NCBI GenBank assembly: GCA_031287285.1
Contig: JAITTC010000267.1
Span: 1-29,411 of the forward strand
DNA from: Christensenellaceae bacterium
Lineage (GTDB): Bacteria > Bacillota > Clostridia > Christensenellales > UBA1750
Direction: 5' to 3'
DNA: 29,411 bases
This document shows, piece after piece, positions 7,635 to 15,728 of the stretch. The first letter of the stretch is position 1. Each line of letters begins with the position of its first letter. The notes beneath the pieces are model-generated. The model searched no databases. It was not told the DNA's origin and worked only from the letters and a program-made list of their open reading frames with translations. The position numbers were made by a program, and so were the translations under genes.

Positions 7635-9311
7635 TTATTTGAGCTCGCCGTTGTTGAGCTCGTCCAGAACCTTCTGCACTTCAGGCATCATGGACGCAAC
7701 GACCTTATCCCACTCGGCCTCGATGTCGATGCCGGGCTGCGCCAGCAGGGCGACCAGTTTTTCCTTCGAGGTAGAGCCGAAGGAGCCGTTCTTGTCTTTA
7801 TTCGGCGCGGAACCGAAGGAAACGACATAGTCGAATTCCTTGATGACCACGGGAACCTGGCCCGAAGCCATGGTGCTCCACAGCCTGTTGCGCTCTTCGA
7901 ACATGTAGGGGATCGCGTCAGGCCCGATCAGCACGGAGTTCATGACCGCGCCGCAGGCAGCGTTCGCCTCGCCAAACTCAGAGATATTCGTGAAGGGGTT
8001 CACGTAGGACTGCGTCGCCTCGTTGAATTCCCAGTTCAGCTTCACGTCCTCGGGGTTCGGGCCGGTGACTTCAAAGTCCACGCCCTCGCGGCCCCAAGCG
8101 CGCATGCGAATACCGTCGGTCGTGTGCAGGTACTCCCAGAAGTCCAGCACGCGCTCGATCTTTTCCTCGCTGATCTTGTGGCTAAGGGCGGTGACCGTCC
8201 AGTAGTCCTCGGTCTGGGTCATGTACCAGTTGCCGTCCCAGGAGGTAACGATTGCGATGCCGAAATCGGAGCGATCCTTGATGACGCCGTCTTGCAGCAT
8301 GGTGGTCGTCCAGTCGTTGAGGGAGCCGGTGACGTTGTAATCGGCAAAGGCCAGGCCGGATTTGATCATGTTCTCGGCTTCGGAAGCGTTGAAGAGCATG
8401 TTATCCTTGTAGATCAGGCCTTCTTGGTACATGTCGTAGGTGACCTTGACGCCCTGCTTGAAGGCTTCGGTTGCCGGCGGCCAAATATACTTGCCGCTGT
8501 CGTCCTTGATGTAGGAGCTGGTTTCGTTGCCTTCCGCGGCGGGCGGGCCAACGAATAGGGCAGCTGCGTGCGGGAAGCCCCAGGTGGGCATCACGAGGCC
8601 TGCGCCTGCGTCCTTATTTCCGCCGGGATCCTGCTTTAAGACCTCGCGGACCAGGTTCACCCACTCATCCCAGGTGTAGATGTCGCCTTCCTTGTAGAGG
8701 CCGACGGCCTTTGCCCAGTCCCTGCGATAGGACCAGTGCGAGGTGTAGCAGCTCTGGGCCTCCGGCGGGTTGGCGCGCATCGCGGGCCAGGAATAGAGCA
8801 CGCCGTCAACGCTCAGGGCGTCGATTGATTTAGAGCTTTCGTAGGTCTTAGTCAGGTTGGGGCGGCTTTCGTTAAAGTACTTCGCGTCCAGCGGGGCGAA
8901 AGCGCCCTGGCGGGCCCAGTCGGCGTATTGCTGCGCCTGCTGGCCCTTCAGGTCCCACCAGATCAGGTCGGGCGCATCGTCGGTCGCGACCCAGGTCGAA
9001 ATCTTCGTGTTCCAATCGCTCCAGTCGATGGGCACATAGTCGAAGCTCAGGTTGAAGAGCTCCTTAACGATCTCGTGCCGCACGTCGATGCCGTTCTTTT
9101 CCGCATTGAGCACGTTCATCGAAACCGTCAGCGGGGTGTCGTAGTTCGAACCACCCTCGGGGGCTGCGGTTGCGCCGCCCTCCGCCGGGGCGCTGGTGGC
9201 CGGCTTGTCGGTCGCGGGGGCCGCGGACTCGCCGCCGGGCGTCGGGGATTGGCAGGCTGCTATGCTCAGCACGAGCAAAAGCGCCAGGCCTAAGGTCAGA
9301 AATTTCTTCAT
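7635..9311 (-). CDS. Carbohydrate ABC transporter solute-binding lipoprotein (LplA-like)
   Basis: Signal peptide MKKFLTLGLALLLVLSIAAC with lipobox Cys, Pro/Ala/Thr linker, PDLIWW and LYSWP SBP-1-like segments. Start at ATG 9311 after AGGAGGAG. Confidence 0.85.
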   Translation of the reverse strand: MKKFLTLGLALLLVLSIAACQSPTPGGESAAPATDKPATSAPAEGGATAAPEGGSNYDTPLTVSMNVLNAEKNGIDVRHEIVKELFNLSFDYVPIDWSDWNTKISTWVATDDAPDLIWWDLKGQQAQQYADWARQGAFAPLDAKYFNESRPNLTKTYESSKSIDALSVDGVLYSWPAMRANPPEAQSCYTSHWSYRRDWAKAVGLYKEGDIYTWDEWVNLVREVLKQDPGGNKDAGAGLVMPTWGFPHAAALFVGPPAAEGNETSSYIKDDSGKYIWPPATEAFKQGVKVTYDMYQEGLIYKDNMLFNASEAENMIKSGLAFADYNVTGSLNDWTTTMLQDGVIKDRSDFGIAIVTSWDGNWYMTQTEDYWTVTALSHKISEEKIERVLDFWEYLHTTDGIRMRAWGREGVDFEVTGPNPEDVKLNWEFNEATQSYVNPFTNISEFGEANAACGAVMNSVLIGPDAIPYMFEERNRLWSTMASGQVPVVIKEFDYVVSFGSAPNKDKNGSFGSTSKEKLVALLAQPGIDIEAEWDKVVASMMPEVQKVLDELNNGELK

Positions 9312-9372
9312 GGTTCTCCTCCTCTCGATATGTGAAAAGGGACCTCCCTTCACAAAGGGGCAAAAGCGGGGG

Positions 9373-10299
9373 CTATTCCTTCACGGCGCCAAGCGTCAGG
9401 CCAGACAGGAAGTAGCGCTGCAGGAAGGGGTAGAGGCACATCATCGGCAGCATCGAAACGATGATGGAACTCATCTTGATGGAGTCGCCCTGCACGTCGG
9501 GCCTGGCCTGGCCCGGCACGTTCATGGTGGCGAGCATGTTGACGTCGTTGATGATGGTGCGCAGCACGTTTTGCAGCGGCCACTTGCTCGAGGTCTTGAT
9601 GAAGAGCATCGCATGATACCACTCGTTCCAACGCTCGACCGCGTAATAGAGGGTAAAGGTGGCGAGCAGCGGCAGGCAGAGGGGCAGCAGGATGCGAAGC
9701 AGGATCGTCCAGTCATTCGCGCCGTCGATCTTGGCCGATTCCTCGAGCGAGGGCGGGATCGAGCGGAAATTATCGGAAATGATGAGCAAATACATTAAAT
9801 TGACGCCCATGGGCAGCACCATGACCAGAAGAGAGTCGGTCAGGTGCAGGTCCTTGATCTGCAGGTAGTAGGGGATCAGGCCGCCCGAGAACCACATGGT
9901 GAAAATCAGCGCAAAGCGCATGACTTTGATGCCCGGCATGCCGGTTTTCGTCAGCGCGTAGCCGCAGAGCACGGTCATCGCCATGTTATAGGCGGTGCCC
10001 AGAACTGTTACGATGACGGTGGTGCGGTAACCCGTAAAGATCAGGGAATTTTTGAAGGTGAAGGCGTAGGAATCCCAGGTGATCGCGGGCGGGATGAGCA
10101 TAAAGCCCTGGGAGCGCTGATAGATCGTGTTGGGCACGATGGAAACCAGGACTGCGTTATAGAAGGGGTAAAGAATGAGCAGCCCCCAAAGGCTTAAAAA
10201 CAGCAGGATGAAGAAATCGACCACGCCAAAGTGGCGGATGCGGTTTTTTCTGGCGACTTTATCGGTTAAGGCCTTATTGTTGATCGCGGTTTGTGCCAT
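9373..10299 (-). CDS. Carbohydrate ABC transporter permease (MalG/LplC-like)
   Basis: EAA loop IPPSLEESAKIDGANDW, WNEWYHAM, YPFLQRYFLSGLTLGAVKE. Confidence 0.94.
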   Translation of the reverse strand: MAQTAINNKALTDKVARKNRIRHFGVVDFFILLFLSLWGLLILYPFYNAVLVSIVPNTIYQRSQGFMLIPPAITWDSYAFTFKNSLIFTGYRTTVIVTVLGTAYNMAMTVLCGYALTKTGMPGIKVMRFALIFTMWFSGGLIPYYLQIKDLHLTDSLLVMVLPMGVNLMYLLIISDNFRSIPPSLEESAKIDGANDWTILLRILLPLCLPLLATFTLYYAVERWNEWYHAMLFIKTSSKWPLQNVLRTIINDVNMLATMNVPGQARPDVQGDSIKMSSIIVSMLPMMCLYPFLQRYFLSGLTLGAVKE

Positions 10300-10313
10300 C
10301 TTGTTTTCCCTCC

Positions 10314-11267
10314 TTACAGAACGGCTTCCTGGCCTAGCGAGCGCACGAATAGGTTGGCAGAGAGCATCATGACGAAGTTGATGACGTTCTTAAACAGGCC
10401 AACGGCGGTGGAAAAGCCAAGGTCTACGCCGGAGGTCCGCACGAACGAGATTCTGTATATGTAGGTGTCGATGATGTCGCCCTTCTCGTACACAGGCGGC
10501 GTGTAGGTGTTAAAGACCTGGTCGAAGCCACCCTCCATGATGTAGCCCACGCGCAGCACGAACTGGATCGAGATCATGCTCACGATGCCCGGCAGGGTGA
10601 TGTTCACGATCTTTTGCCAGCGGTTGCAGCCGTCGATCACCGCAGCCTCGTAAAGGGATTGGTCGATGCCGGAAACCGCTGCCAGGTAGATGATCGTGCC
10701 CCAGCCGGCTTCCTTCCACATATCAGAAAGCACCAGCACCCAGCGGTAGATGTTGCCGTCGTAGAGGAAGTTCCAGTTCTGGCCGGCCTCGGGGTTTAGC
10801 ACCATGGCCACCTTGCGCACCATGCCCGTGGAGCCGAGCAGGTTGAGCATGATGCCTGCCAGCAGCACCCACGAAAGGAAGTGAGGGAAGGTGTAAATCG
10901 TCTGCAATACGCGGCGGTAGCGCGGCGTGTAGCACTCGTTGATGAGCAAAGCCAGGAAGATTGGGAAGGGGAAGCCCACCAGGATGCGCATGAAGGAAAT
11001 CAGAACCGTGTTGCGCAGGGCAGGCAGGAACTCGGGCTCATCCATCATGTATTTGAAGTGGGCGAAGTCATTCCAGGGGCTCGCCGCGATGCCCGCGAGC
11101 TTGTAGTTCTTAAAAGCGAGCTGAATGCCATACATCGGCATGTATTTAAACAAAAAGATGAAGACCAGCGTGGGCAAAATCATCAGGTAAATCCAGCGGT
11201 AATTGTAGATTTCCCGCCAGATATTCCTGCGCGCCCTGCGCAACCCGGCCAAAGACTGTGCGGTCAT
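10314..11267 (-). CDS. Carbohydrate ABC transporter permease (MalF/LplB-like)
   Basis: YMPMYG, PHFLSWV, WKEAGWGTIIYLAA, LYEAAVIDGCNRWQKI, DIIDTYIY, STAVGLFK. Confidence 0.94.
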   Translation of the reverse strand: MTAQSLAGLRRARRNIWREIYNYRWIYLMILPTLVFIFLFKYMPMYGIQLAFKNYKLAGIAASPWNDFAHFKYMMDEPEFLPALRNTVLISFMRILVGFPFPIFLALLINECYTPRYRRVLQTIYTFPHFLSWVLLAGIMLNLLGSTGMVRKVAMVLNPEAGQNWNFLYDGNIYRWVLVLSDMWKEAGWGTIIYLAAVSGIDQSLYEAAVIDGCNRWQKIVNITLPGIVSMISIQFVLRVGYIMEGGFDQVFNTYTPPVYEKGDIIDTYIYRISFVRTSGVDLGFSTAVGLFKNVINFVMMLSANLFVRSLGQEAVL

Positions 11268-11329
11268 CCTTCTTTCCTCCTTCTTAGGCGCTGCTCGCCG
11301 CCTCTCTAATTTCCGTCGAATTACAATCT

Positions 11330-11358
11330 ATGTTATCCCTAGGTTATCGATCTGTCAA
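11330..11358 (-). promoter_or_regulatory. Sigma-70/A-like promoter of the sugar ABC operon
   Basis: Minus strand TTGACA (11358-11353), 17 bp, TAACAT (11335-11330). Confidence 0.55.
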
Positions 11359-11609
11359 TAAGGAACGATTTTCAAAATCCTCTTGATTTCACCGCTTCAA
11401 ATCGGGTTTTATTCTTTCTCATGGATTTACGACAAAAACCCCTTTAATAGTGCCGATCAATTCTTTTTACAGAGCCTCATTCAATCCGGTAAAAATCCCG
11501 AATTATCTATTTTCACATCCACTATAGCGTTAATATTTCAATATTTTTACTTGTACTTACATAAACGAATTACTATTTTTTTAACATTGCCGACGATGAG
11601 AAATTCACG

Positions 11610-11655
11610 CAACAACGAAGGCCGGCCCGTAATTTCGGGCCGGCCTTCGTTGTTG
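11610..11655 (-). terminator. Long hairpin, probable terminator of the iscR-iscS-iscU-AKR transcript
   Basis: Perfect 20-bp stem CAACAACGAAGGCCGGCCCG / CGGGCCGGCCTTCGTTGTTG with a 6-nt loop, 17 bp past the AKR stop. The U-tract is weak. Confidence 0.65.
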
Positions 11656-11672
11656 TGCCTGGCGCTTTTGCT

Positions 11673-12500
11673 TTAAAAAGGGAAGCTTTCCGGGTCTGCG
11701 CCGATGCGCGCGCCCTTGTTTAGGGCAAAGATGCGCTCCATTTCAGCTTCGCTGAGTTCAAAGCCGAACAAGTCGGCGTTTTCGAGTATCCTCTCTTTAT
11801 GAACGGACTTGGGGATGTTCACAAAGCCCCTTTGCAGCCCCCAGCGCAGCACGATCTGCGCCGGGCTCTTGCCGTGCGCCGCGGCGATGGCGGCAAGGGC
11901 GGGATCACCGAGCACCTTGCCCCGCCCGAGCGGGCTCCAGGGCTCAAAGACGATGCCGTTCTTCTGGCAGAACGCAGCAAGCTCGGTTTGGCTGAGCTCC
12001 GGGTGGCACTCCACCTGGTTGACGGCGGGTTTGATCTCGCAGCTGCGCAAAACATCCTCTAAGTGGTGGATGTTGTAGTTCGAAACGCCGATGGAGCGCA
12101 GCTTTTCGCCCCTTTGCAGCCTTTCGAGCACCGACCAGGCCCGCAGGTAGCCCCTTTCTTCGCGCACGGGCCAGTGGATCAAAAACAGGTCGATGTAGCC
12201 GATGCCGAGCTTCTTTAAGCTCTCTTCAAAGGCCGCTTCTTCCTCGTGGTCGCGGATGCGCTGGTTCCAGAGCTTGGTCGTCACGAAGAGTTCCTCGCGG
12301 GGGATGCCGCTTTCGCGAACGGCCTTGCCCACGCTCTCTTCATTGCCGTAATAGGCGGCCGTGTCGATCAGGCGATACCCGGCGTCGAGCGCCCAGCGCA
12401 CGGCGTTGTAGGCTTCCTCGCCTTGGGCCTTGAATACGCCAAGCCCCAAAATCGGCATCTCATAGCCGCTCGAAAGCTTTACTCGGCTTTGCAAGTTCAT
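11673..12500 (-). CDS. Aldo/keto reductase (YvgN / 2,5-diketo-D-gluconate reductase-like)
   Basis: MPILGLGVF, GYRLIDTAAYYGNEE, LFVTTKLW, DLFLIHWP, SIGVSNY, NQVECHP, IPKSVHKERI. Confidence 0.95.
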   Translation of the reverse strand: MNLQSRVKLSSGYEMPILGLGVFKAQGEEAYNAVRWALDAGYRLIDTAAYYGNEESVGKAVRESGIPREELFVTTKLWNQRIRDHEEEAAFEESLKKLGIGYIDLFLIHWPVREERGYLRAWSVLERLQRGEKLRSIGVSNYNIHHLEDVLRSCEIKPAVNQVECHPELSQTELAAFCQKNGIVFEPWSPLGRGKVLGDPALAAIAAAHGKSPAQIVLRWGLQRGFVNIPKSVHKERILENADLFGFELSEAEMERIFALNKGARIGADPESFPF

Positions 12501-12505
12501 TGGCT

Positions 12506-12931
12506 TTACTCCTCGTCTTCGTCCTCCTCGACGTTGGGCTTTGAGAAGCCCTCGGGCAGGGGGATGCCGTTCTTGTTAAAGTAGTCTTCCAGAGCGGTTT
12601 TAAGGGCCTGCTCGGCCAGCAGCGAGCAGTGCATCTTCACGGGGGGCAGGCCGTCGAGCGCCTCTGCCACCGCCGCGTTGGTGAGCTTTAGGGCCTCCTC
12701 AATCGTCTTGCCGATGACCAGCTCCGTCGCCATCGAGCTCGTCGCGATCGCGGCGCCGCAGCCGAAGGTCTTGAACTTGACGTCGGTAATCACATTATCG
12801 TCAATCTTCAAAAACATTTGCATGATGTCGCCGCACTTGGCGTTGCCCACGGTGCCCTGGCCCGAGGCGTTTTCGATTTCCCCTACGTTTCTTGGGTGCA
12901 TGAAGTGATCCATTACCTTTTCGCTATACAA
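12506..12931 (-). CDS. iscU: Fe-S cluster scaffold protein IscU/NifU-like
   Basis: [39 protein letters not shown] (three Cys plus Asp/His). Acidic tail EEDEDEE. Confidence 0.95.
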   Translation of the reverse strand: MYSEKVMDHFMHPRNVGEIENASGQGTVGNAKCGDIMQMFLKIDDNVITDVKFKTFGCGAAIATSSMATELVIGKTIEEALKLTNAAVAEALDGLPPVKMHCSLLAEQALKTALEDYFNKNGIPLPEGFSKPNVEEDEDEE

Positions 12932-14102
12932 GCTGAACGCCTCCCTTTTCTTGGTTGAACAGCGGCGACATCTGCCGGAGCCGCTCGACGATTTTGACGA
13001 GTTCTTCGACCGTCGTATCGATTTCTTCCCTGGTGTTGTCTTTGGATAGGGTCAGCCGCAGGGATCCGTGCGCGATCTCGTGCGGCAGACCGATGGCCAG
13101 CAGCACATGAGAGGGATCGAGCGAGCCCGAGGTGCAGGCGGAGCCGGACGAAGCCGCGATGCCGGCCAGATCGAGCAGCAAAAGCAGGGATTCCCCCTCG
13201 ATGAAGCGGATGCAGACGTTGACGTTGCCGGGCAGGCGAAGCGTTGGGTGGCCGTTGAGCCTCACATCGGGAATCCTTTCGAGCAGGCTCTCAATGAGGT
13301 AGTCCCGCAGCTCGGTTTCCCGGCTAACGCTCGCGTCGATTTCCCTTGTGGCAAGCTCGATGGCGGTGCCAAGGGCCACGATGCCGGGCATGTTCTCGGT
13401 TCCGGCCCTGCGGGAACGCTCTTGCCCGCCGCCGTCGATGAGGTTTGCAAGGCGCAGCCCCTTGCGGACATAAAGGGCCCCGATGCCCTTGGGCGCGCCG
13501 ATCTTGTGGCCGGAAAGCGAGAGCATGTCGATATTTTGGGCCTTTACGTCGATCGCCATGTGGCCGATGGCCTGCACGGCGTCGGTATGGAAGGGAACAC
13601 TCTTGCTCTTGCAAAGCGCGCCGATTTCAGCAATGGGCTCGATGGTGCCGATCTCGTTGTTGGCGGCCATGATTGAAACCAGGATCGTGTCTGGGCGGAG
13701 GGCCTTTTCCAGGCCTTCAAGGCTGATGAGGCCGAATTGGTCGACCGGCAGGTAAGTAATCTCAAAACCCTCTTTCGCCAGGGTTTCGCAGGTGTGAAGC
13801 ACCGCGTGGTGCTCGATTGCGCTGGTGATGATGTGGCCCTTGCCGGCCCTGTGCGCCACGCCCTTGATGGCCCAGTTATCGGCCTCGCTGCCGCCTGAGG
13901 TGAAGTAGATCTCTTCCTTGGTGGCGCCCAGTGCCTTGGCGACCTTTTCGCGGGCCTCCTCGAGCTTTTGCTTGGCCTCGCGGCCGGTCGAGTACACGCT
14001 GGAGGGGTTGCCAAAATCGTTTTGCAGCGTGGGCAGGATGGCTTCCAATACCTCGGGGCGGACCTTCGTGGTCGCCGCGTTGTCGAGATAGATTTTGTTC
14101 AT
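12924..14102 (-). CDS. iscS: Cysteine desulfurase IscS/NifS
   Basis: [39 protein letters not shown] (PLP Lys), [17 protein letters not shown]. Confidence 0.96.
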   Translation of the reverse strand: MNKIYLDNAATTKVRPEVLEAILPTLQNDFGNPSSVYSTGREAKQKLEEAREKVAKALGATKEEIYFTSGGSEADNWAIKGVAHRAGKGHIITSAIEHHAVLHTCETLAKEGFEITYLPVDQFGLISLEGLEKALRPDTILVSIMAANNEIGTIEPIAEIGALCKSKSVPFHTDAVQAIGHMAIDVKAQNIDMLSLSGHKIGAPKGIGALYVRKGLRLANLIDGGGQERSRRAGTENMPGIVALGTAIELATREIDASVSRETELRDYLIESLLERIPDVRLNGHPTLRLPGNVNVCIRFIEGESLLLLLDLAGIAASSGSACTSGSLDPSHVLLAIGLPHEIAHGSLRLTLSKDNTREEIDTTVEELVKIVERLRQMSPLFNQEKGGVQLV

Positions 14103-14144
14103 GGCTCAATGCCTCCTCTGTTGTTTGGCTCGCGGCAATGCCGC

Positions 14145-14594
14145 CTAAACGCTGAGTTTTTGGGCCTCTTCGCCGCAGAGCACGGCGGGGGAGGGTTCGG
14201 TCAGCAGATCCTGCAGGGTGATGGAGATCAAAACATCGTTTACCCCGTCGTGGATGCGCTGCCAAAGGCTATGCATCGCGCAATTCGTGGCGTTTTCACA
14301 CTGCTCCTCGTCGAGTACGCAGCTCGCCGGGGCCGTCGGGCCTTCCAGCGCCGTGATCACCGCGTAGGCTGAGATTTCATTCGGGGGCTTGGCCAGCTCG
14401 TAGCCGCCCTGCGCGCCCCGGATCGACTTCACCAGCCCCGCGCGCCGCAGGGGGGCGATGAGCTGCTCGAGGTAGGCTTCCGGCACGCCCTGCCGCCCGG
14501 CAATCTCCTTGACCGAAAGCGGGCCGCTGCCAAAGCGCAGCGCAAGCTCATACATCGCCCGCACGCCGTAGCGCCCCTTTGTGGAAAGCTTCAT
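14145..14594 (-). CDS. iscR: Rrf2-family regulator, IscR-like
   Basis: MKLSTKGRYG, YLEQL, SIRGAQGGY, C-x6-C-x5-C plus downstream His. It heads the isc operon. Start at ATG 14594 after GGAGGG. Confidence 0.85.
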   Translation of the reverse strand: MKLSTKGRYGVRAMYELALRFGSGPLSVKEIAGRQGVPEAYLEQLIAPLRRAGLVKSIRGAQGGYELAKPPNEISAYAVITALEGPTAPASCVLDEEQCENATNCAMHSLWQRIHDGVNDVLISITLQDLLTEPSPAVLCGEEAQKLSV

Positions 14595-14606
14595 TTCGTC
14601 CCCTCC

Positions 14607-14631
14607 AATGCCGAGTGAAATCATCGGATTT
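14607..14631. promoter_or_regulatory. Putative IscR/Rrf2 operator 1
   Basis: AATG-CCGA-GTGAAATCA-TCGG-ATTT, a 25-bp pseudo-palindrome between the predicted start site and the RBS. Confidence 0.6.
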
Positions 14632-14640
14632 TATGGCTTT

Positions 14641-14669
14641 AGAATAGCACGGCCCCTCGCGGCCGTCAA
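14641..14669 (-). promoter_or_regulatory. Promoter of the iscR operon
   Basis: Minus strand TTGACG (14669-14664), 17 bp, TATTCT (14646-14641). Confidence 0.65.
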
Positions 14670-14671
14670 GC

Positions 14672-14696
14672 TATTCCGATTCATTTTATAGGATTT
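14672..14696. promoter_or_regulatory. Putative IscR/Rrf2 operator 2
   Basis: TATT-CCGA-TTCATTTTA-TAGG-ATTT, with the same CC/GG spacing as operator 1, abutting the -35. Confidence 0.6.
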
Positions 14697-14709
14697 TAAC
14701 CTTCTGCAT

Positions 14710-14835
14710 GCCCGGCGCGGGCTTTGAATTCGCGGAAGGCATTCCGCAAGCGGAATGCCCTTGAATGAAGGCGCGAAAAGCTATTGCTTTTCGCGCAAAG
14801 GCGGGGGAGCAACTCCCCCTGCACCCCTTCCGGGG
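14710..14835 (-). other. Multi-hairpin structured element, copy 2 (homologous to 7451-7603 plus)
   Basis: Stems at 14803-14819 (7 bp), 14771-14796 (11 bp perfect), 14738-14759 (10 bp perfect) and 14710-14722 (5 bp). Minus-strand linkers TTCATTCAAGGG and TTCCGCGAATTCAAA. Confidence 0.7.
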
Positions 14836-14985
14836 CTGGCTGCGAGCAGCCATTGCTTTGCGAAACGCCCGAGGTTTGGCGTCGCTATGCAAAACGGCCA
14901 CGGCCGCCGCAAAAGGGGCAAGAGGCAATCAATTCAGCCGCTGCAAGCGACAAAAACCCGTAAGCGCCACCATCATGCCCTCGCC

Positions 14986-15110
14986 ATGTTTTTCTCGCCG
15001 CTTCGTGTTGGGATGGCTTACCAAACAGGCTGATTTTGGCGCTGGTCCTCGCCGTGAGCGCGGTGGTGATCCCGGGCGCCGTTTGGGCCATCGCTAGGGA
15101 CTTTCTTTAA
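14986..15110 (+). pseudogene. Possible frameshifted remnant of a small membrane-protein gene (C-terminal part)
   Basis: MFFSPLRVGMAYQTG (14986-15030) continues after a one-base shift as LILALVLAVSAVVIPGAVWAIARDFL-TAA (15030-15110). It is hydrophobic, uses host-like codons, and its stop abuts a terminator arm. Confidence 0.35.
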
Positions 15111-15126
15111 AAAAGGGCGGCGGGAA

Positions 15127-15685
15127 AGAGAGCATCGTCCCTACGAAAAGCGGAGCGATGCGGAAACCGCAATGACGGGCAAAAGACGAGGACATGGCTG
15201 CACTTCTTCATCATTGCGAGGAGCGTAAGCGGCGAAGCAATCCAACAAGTACGCGCAAAGCCTTCTTTAAAAAGGAAGACGCTGGATTGCTTCGTTGCCA
15301 CTCGCAATGACGAGGTAGAGGGAGGCGCTGGGTTGCTTCTTCGTCATTGCAAAGAGCCAGCGACGTGGCGGTTGTAAAGGGTACTCCGCGGCTTCGTCAT
15401 TGCGAGGAGCGTAAGCGACGAAGCAATCCAGCAAGCATGTGCAAAGGCTCCTTCAAAAAGGAAGACGCTGGATTGTTTCGTTGCCACTCGCAATGACGAG
15501 GTAGAGGGAGGCGCTGGGTTGCTTCTTCGTCATTGCAAAGAGCGCAGCGACGTGGCGGTCGTAAAGGGTACTCTGCGGCTTCGTCATTGCGAGGAGCGTA
15601 AGCGACGTGGCAATCCAGCAAGAACGCGCAAAGCCTCCTTCAAAAAGGAAGACGCTGGATTGCTTCGTTGCCACTCGCAATGACG
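15127..15685. repeat. Tandem array 1 of a 104-bp CGTC-tagged palindromic (REP-like) unit, 3 copies
   Basis: Units at 15209-15312, 15395-15498 and 15582-15685 (period 186/187 bp): CGTCATTGCGAG-GAGCGTAAGCGA-CGAAGCAATCCAGC-N34-GCTGGATTGCTTCG-TTGCCA-CTCGCAATGACG. Flanked by the direct repeat GGCGGCGGGAA at 15116-15126 and 15685-15695. Confidence 0.95.
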
Positions 15686-15721
15686 GCGGCGGGAAGGTGA
15701 ACCCCTTCCCGCCGCCCTTTT
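15685..15721. terminator. Terminator hairpin downstream of the M20 dipeptidase gene
   Basis: GGCGGCGGGAAGG-TGAACC-CCTTCCCGCCGCC, then CTTTT, 8 bp from the minus-strand stop codon. Confidence 0.7.
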
Positions 15722-15728
15722 CATGCGC

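Noticed and set aside
11363-11376. cre/LacI-type operator (TGAAAATCGTTCCT on minus strand)
   Set aside because: It is out of register by one base with the GNAANCGNTTNC pattern and the right half is poor, so it is not reported as a feature.
11383-11676. 97-aa plus-strand ORF in the AT-rich region
   Set aside because: No RBS, no recognisable domain, AT-rich codons unlike host genes, and it runs through the terminator hairpin.
14755-15097. Overlapping 92-aa and 110-aa plus-strand ORFs as real full-length genes
   Set aside because: Their 5' halves run through the hairpin element and give low-complexity basic peptides. Only the hydrophobic 3' part looks coding and is reported as a possible remnant.
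15209-15685. CRISPR array interpretation of array 1
   Set aside because: The intervening sequences are homologous to one another rather than unique, the repeats are 104-bp inverted pairs, and there are no cas genes or AT-rich leader.
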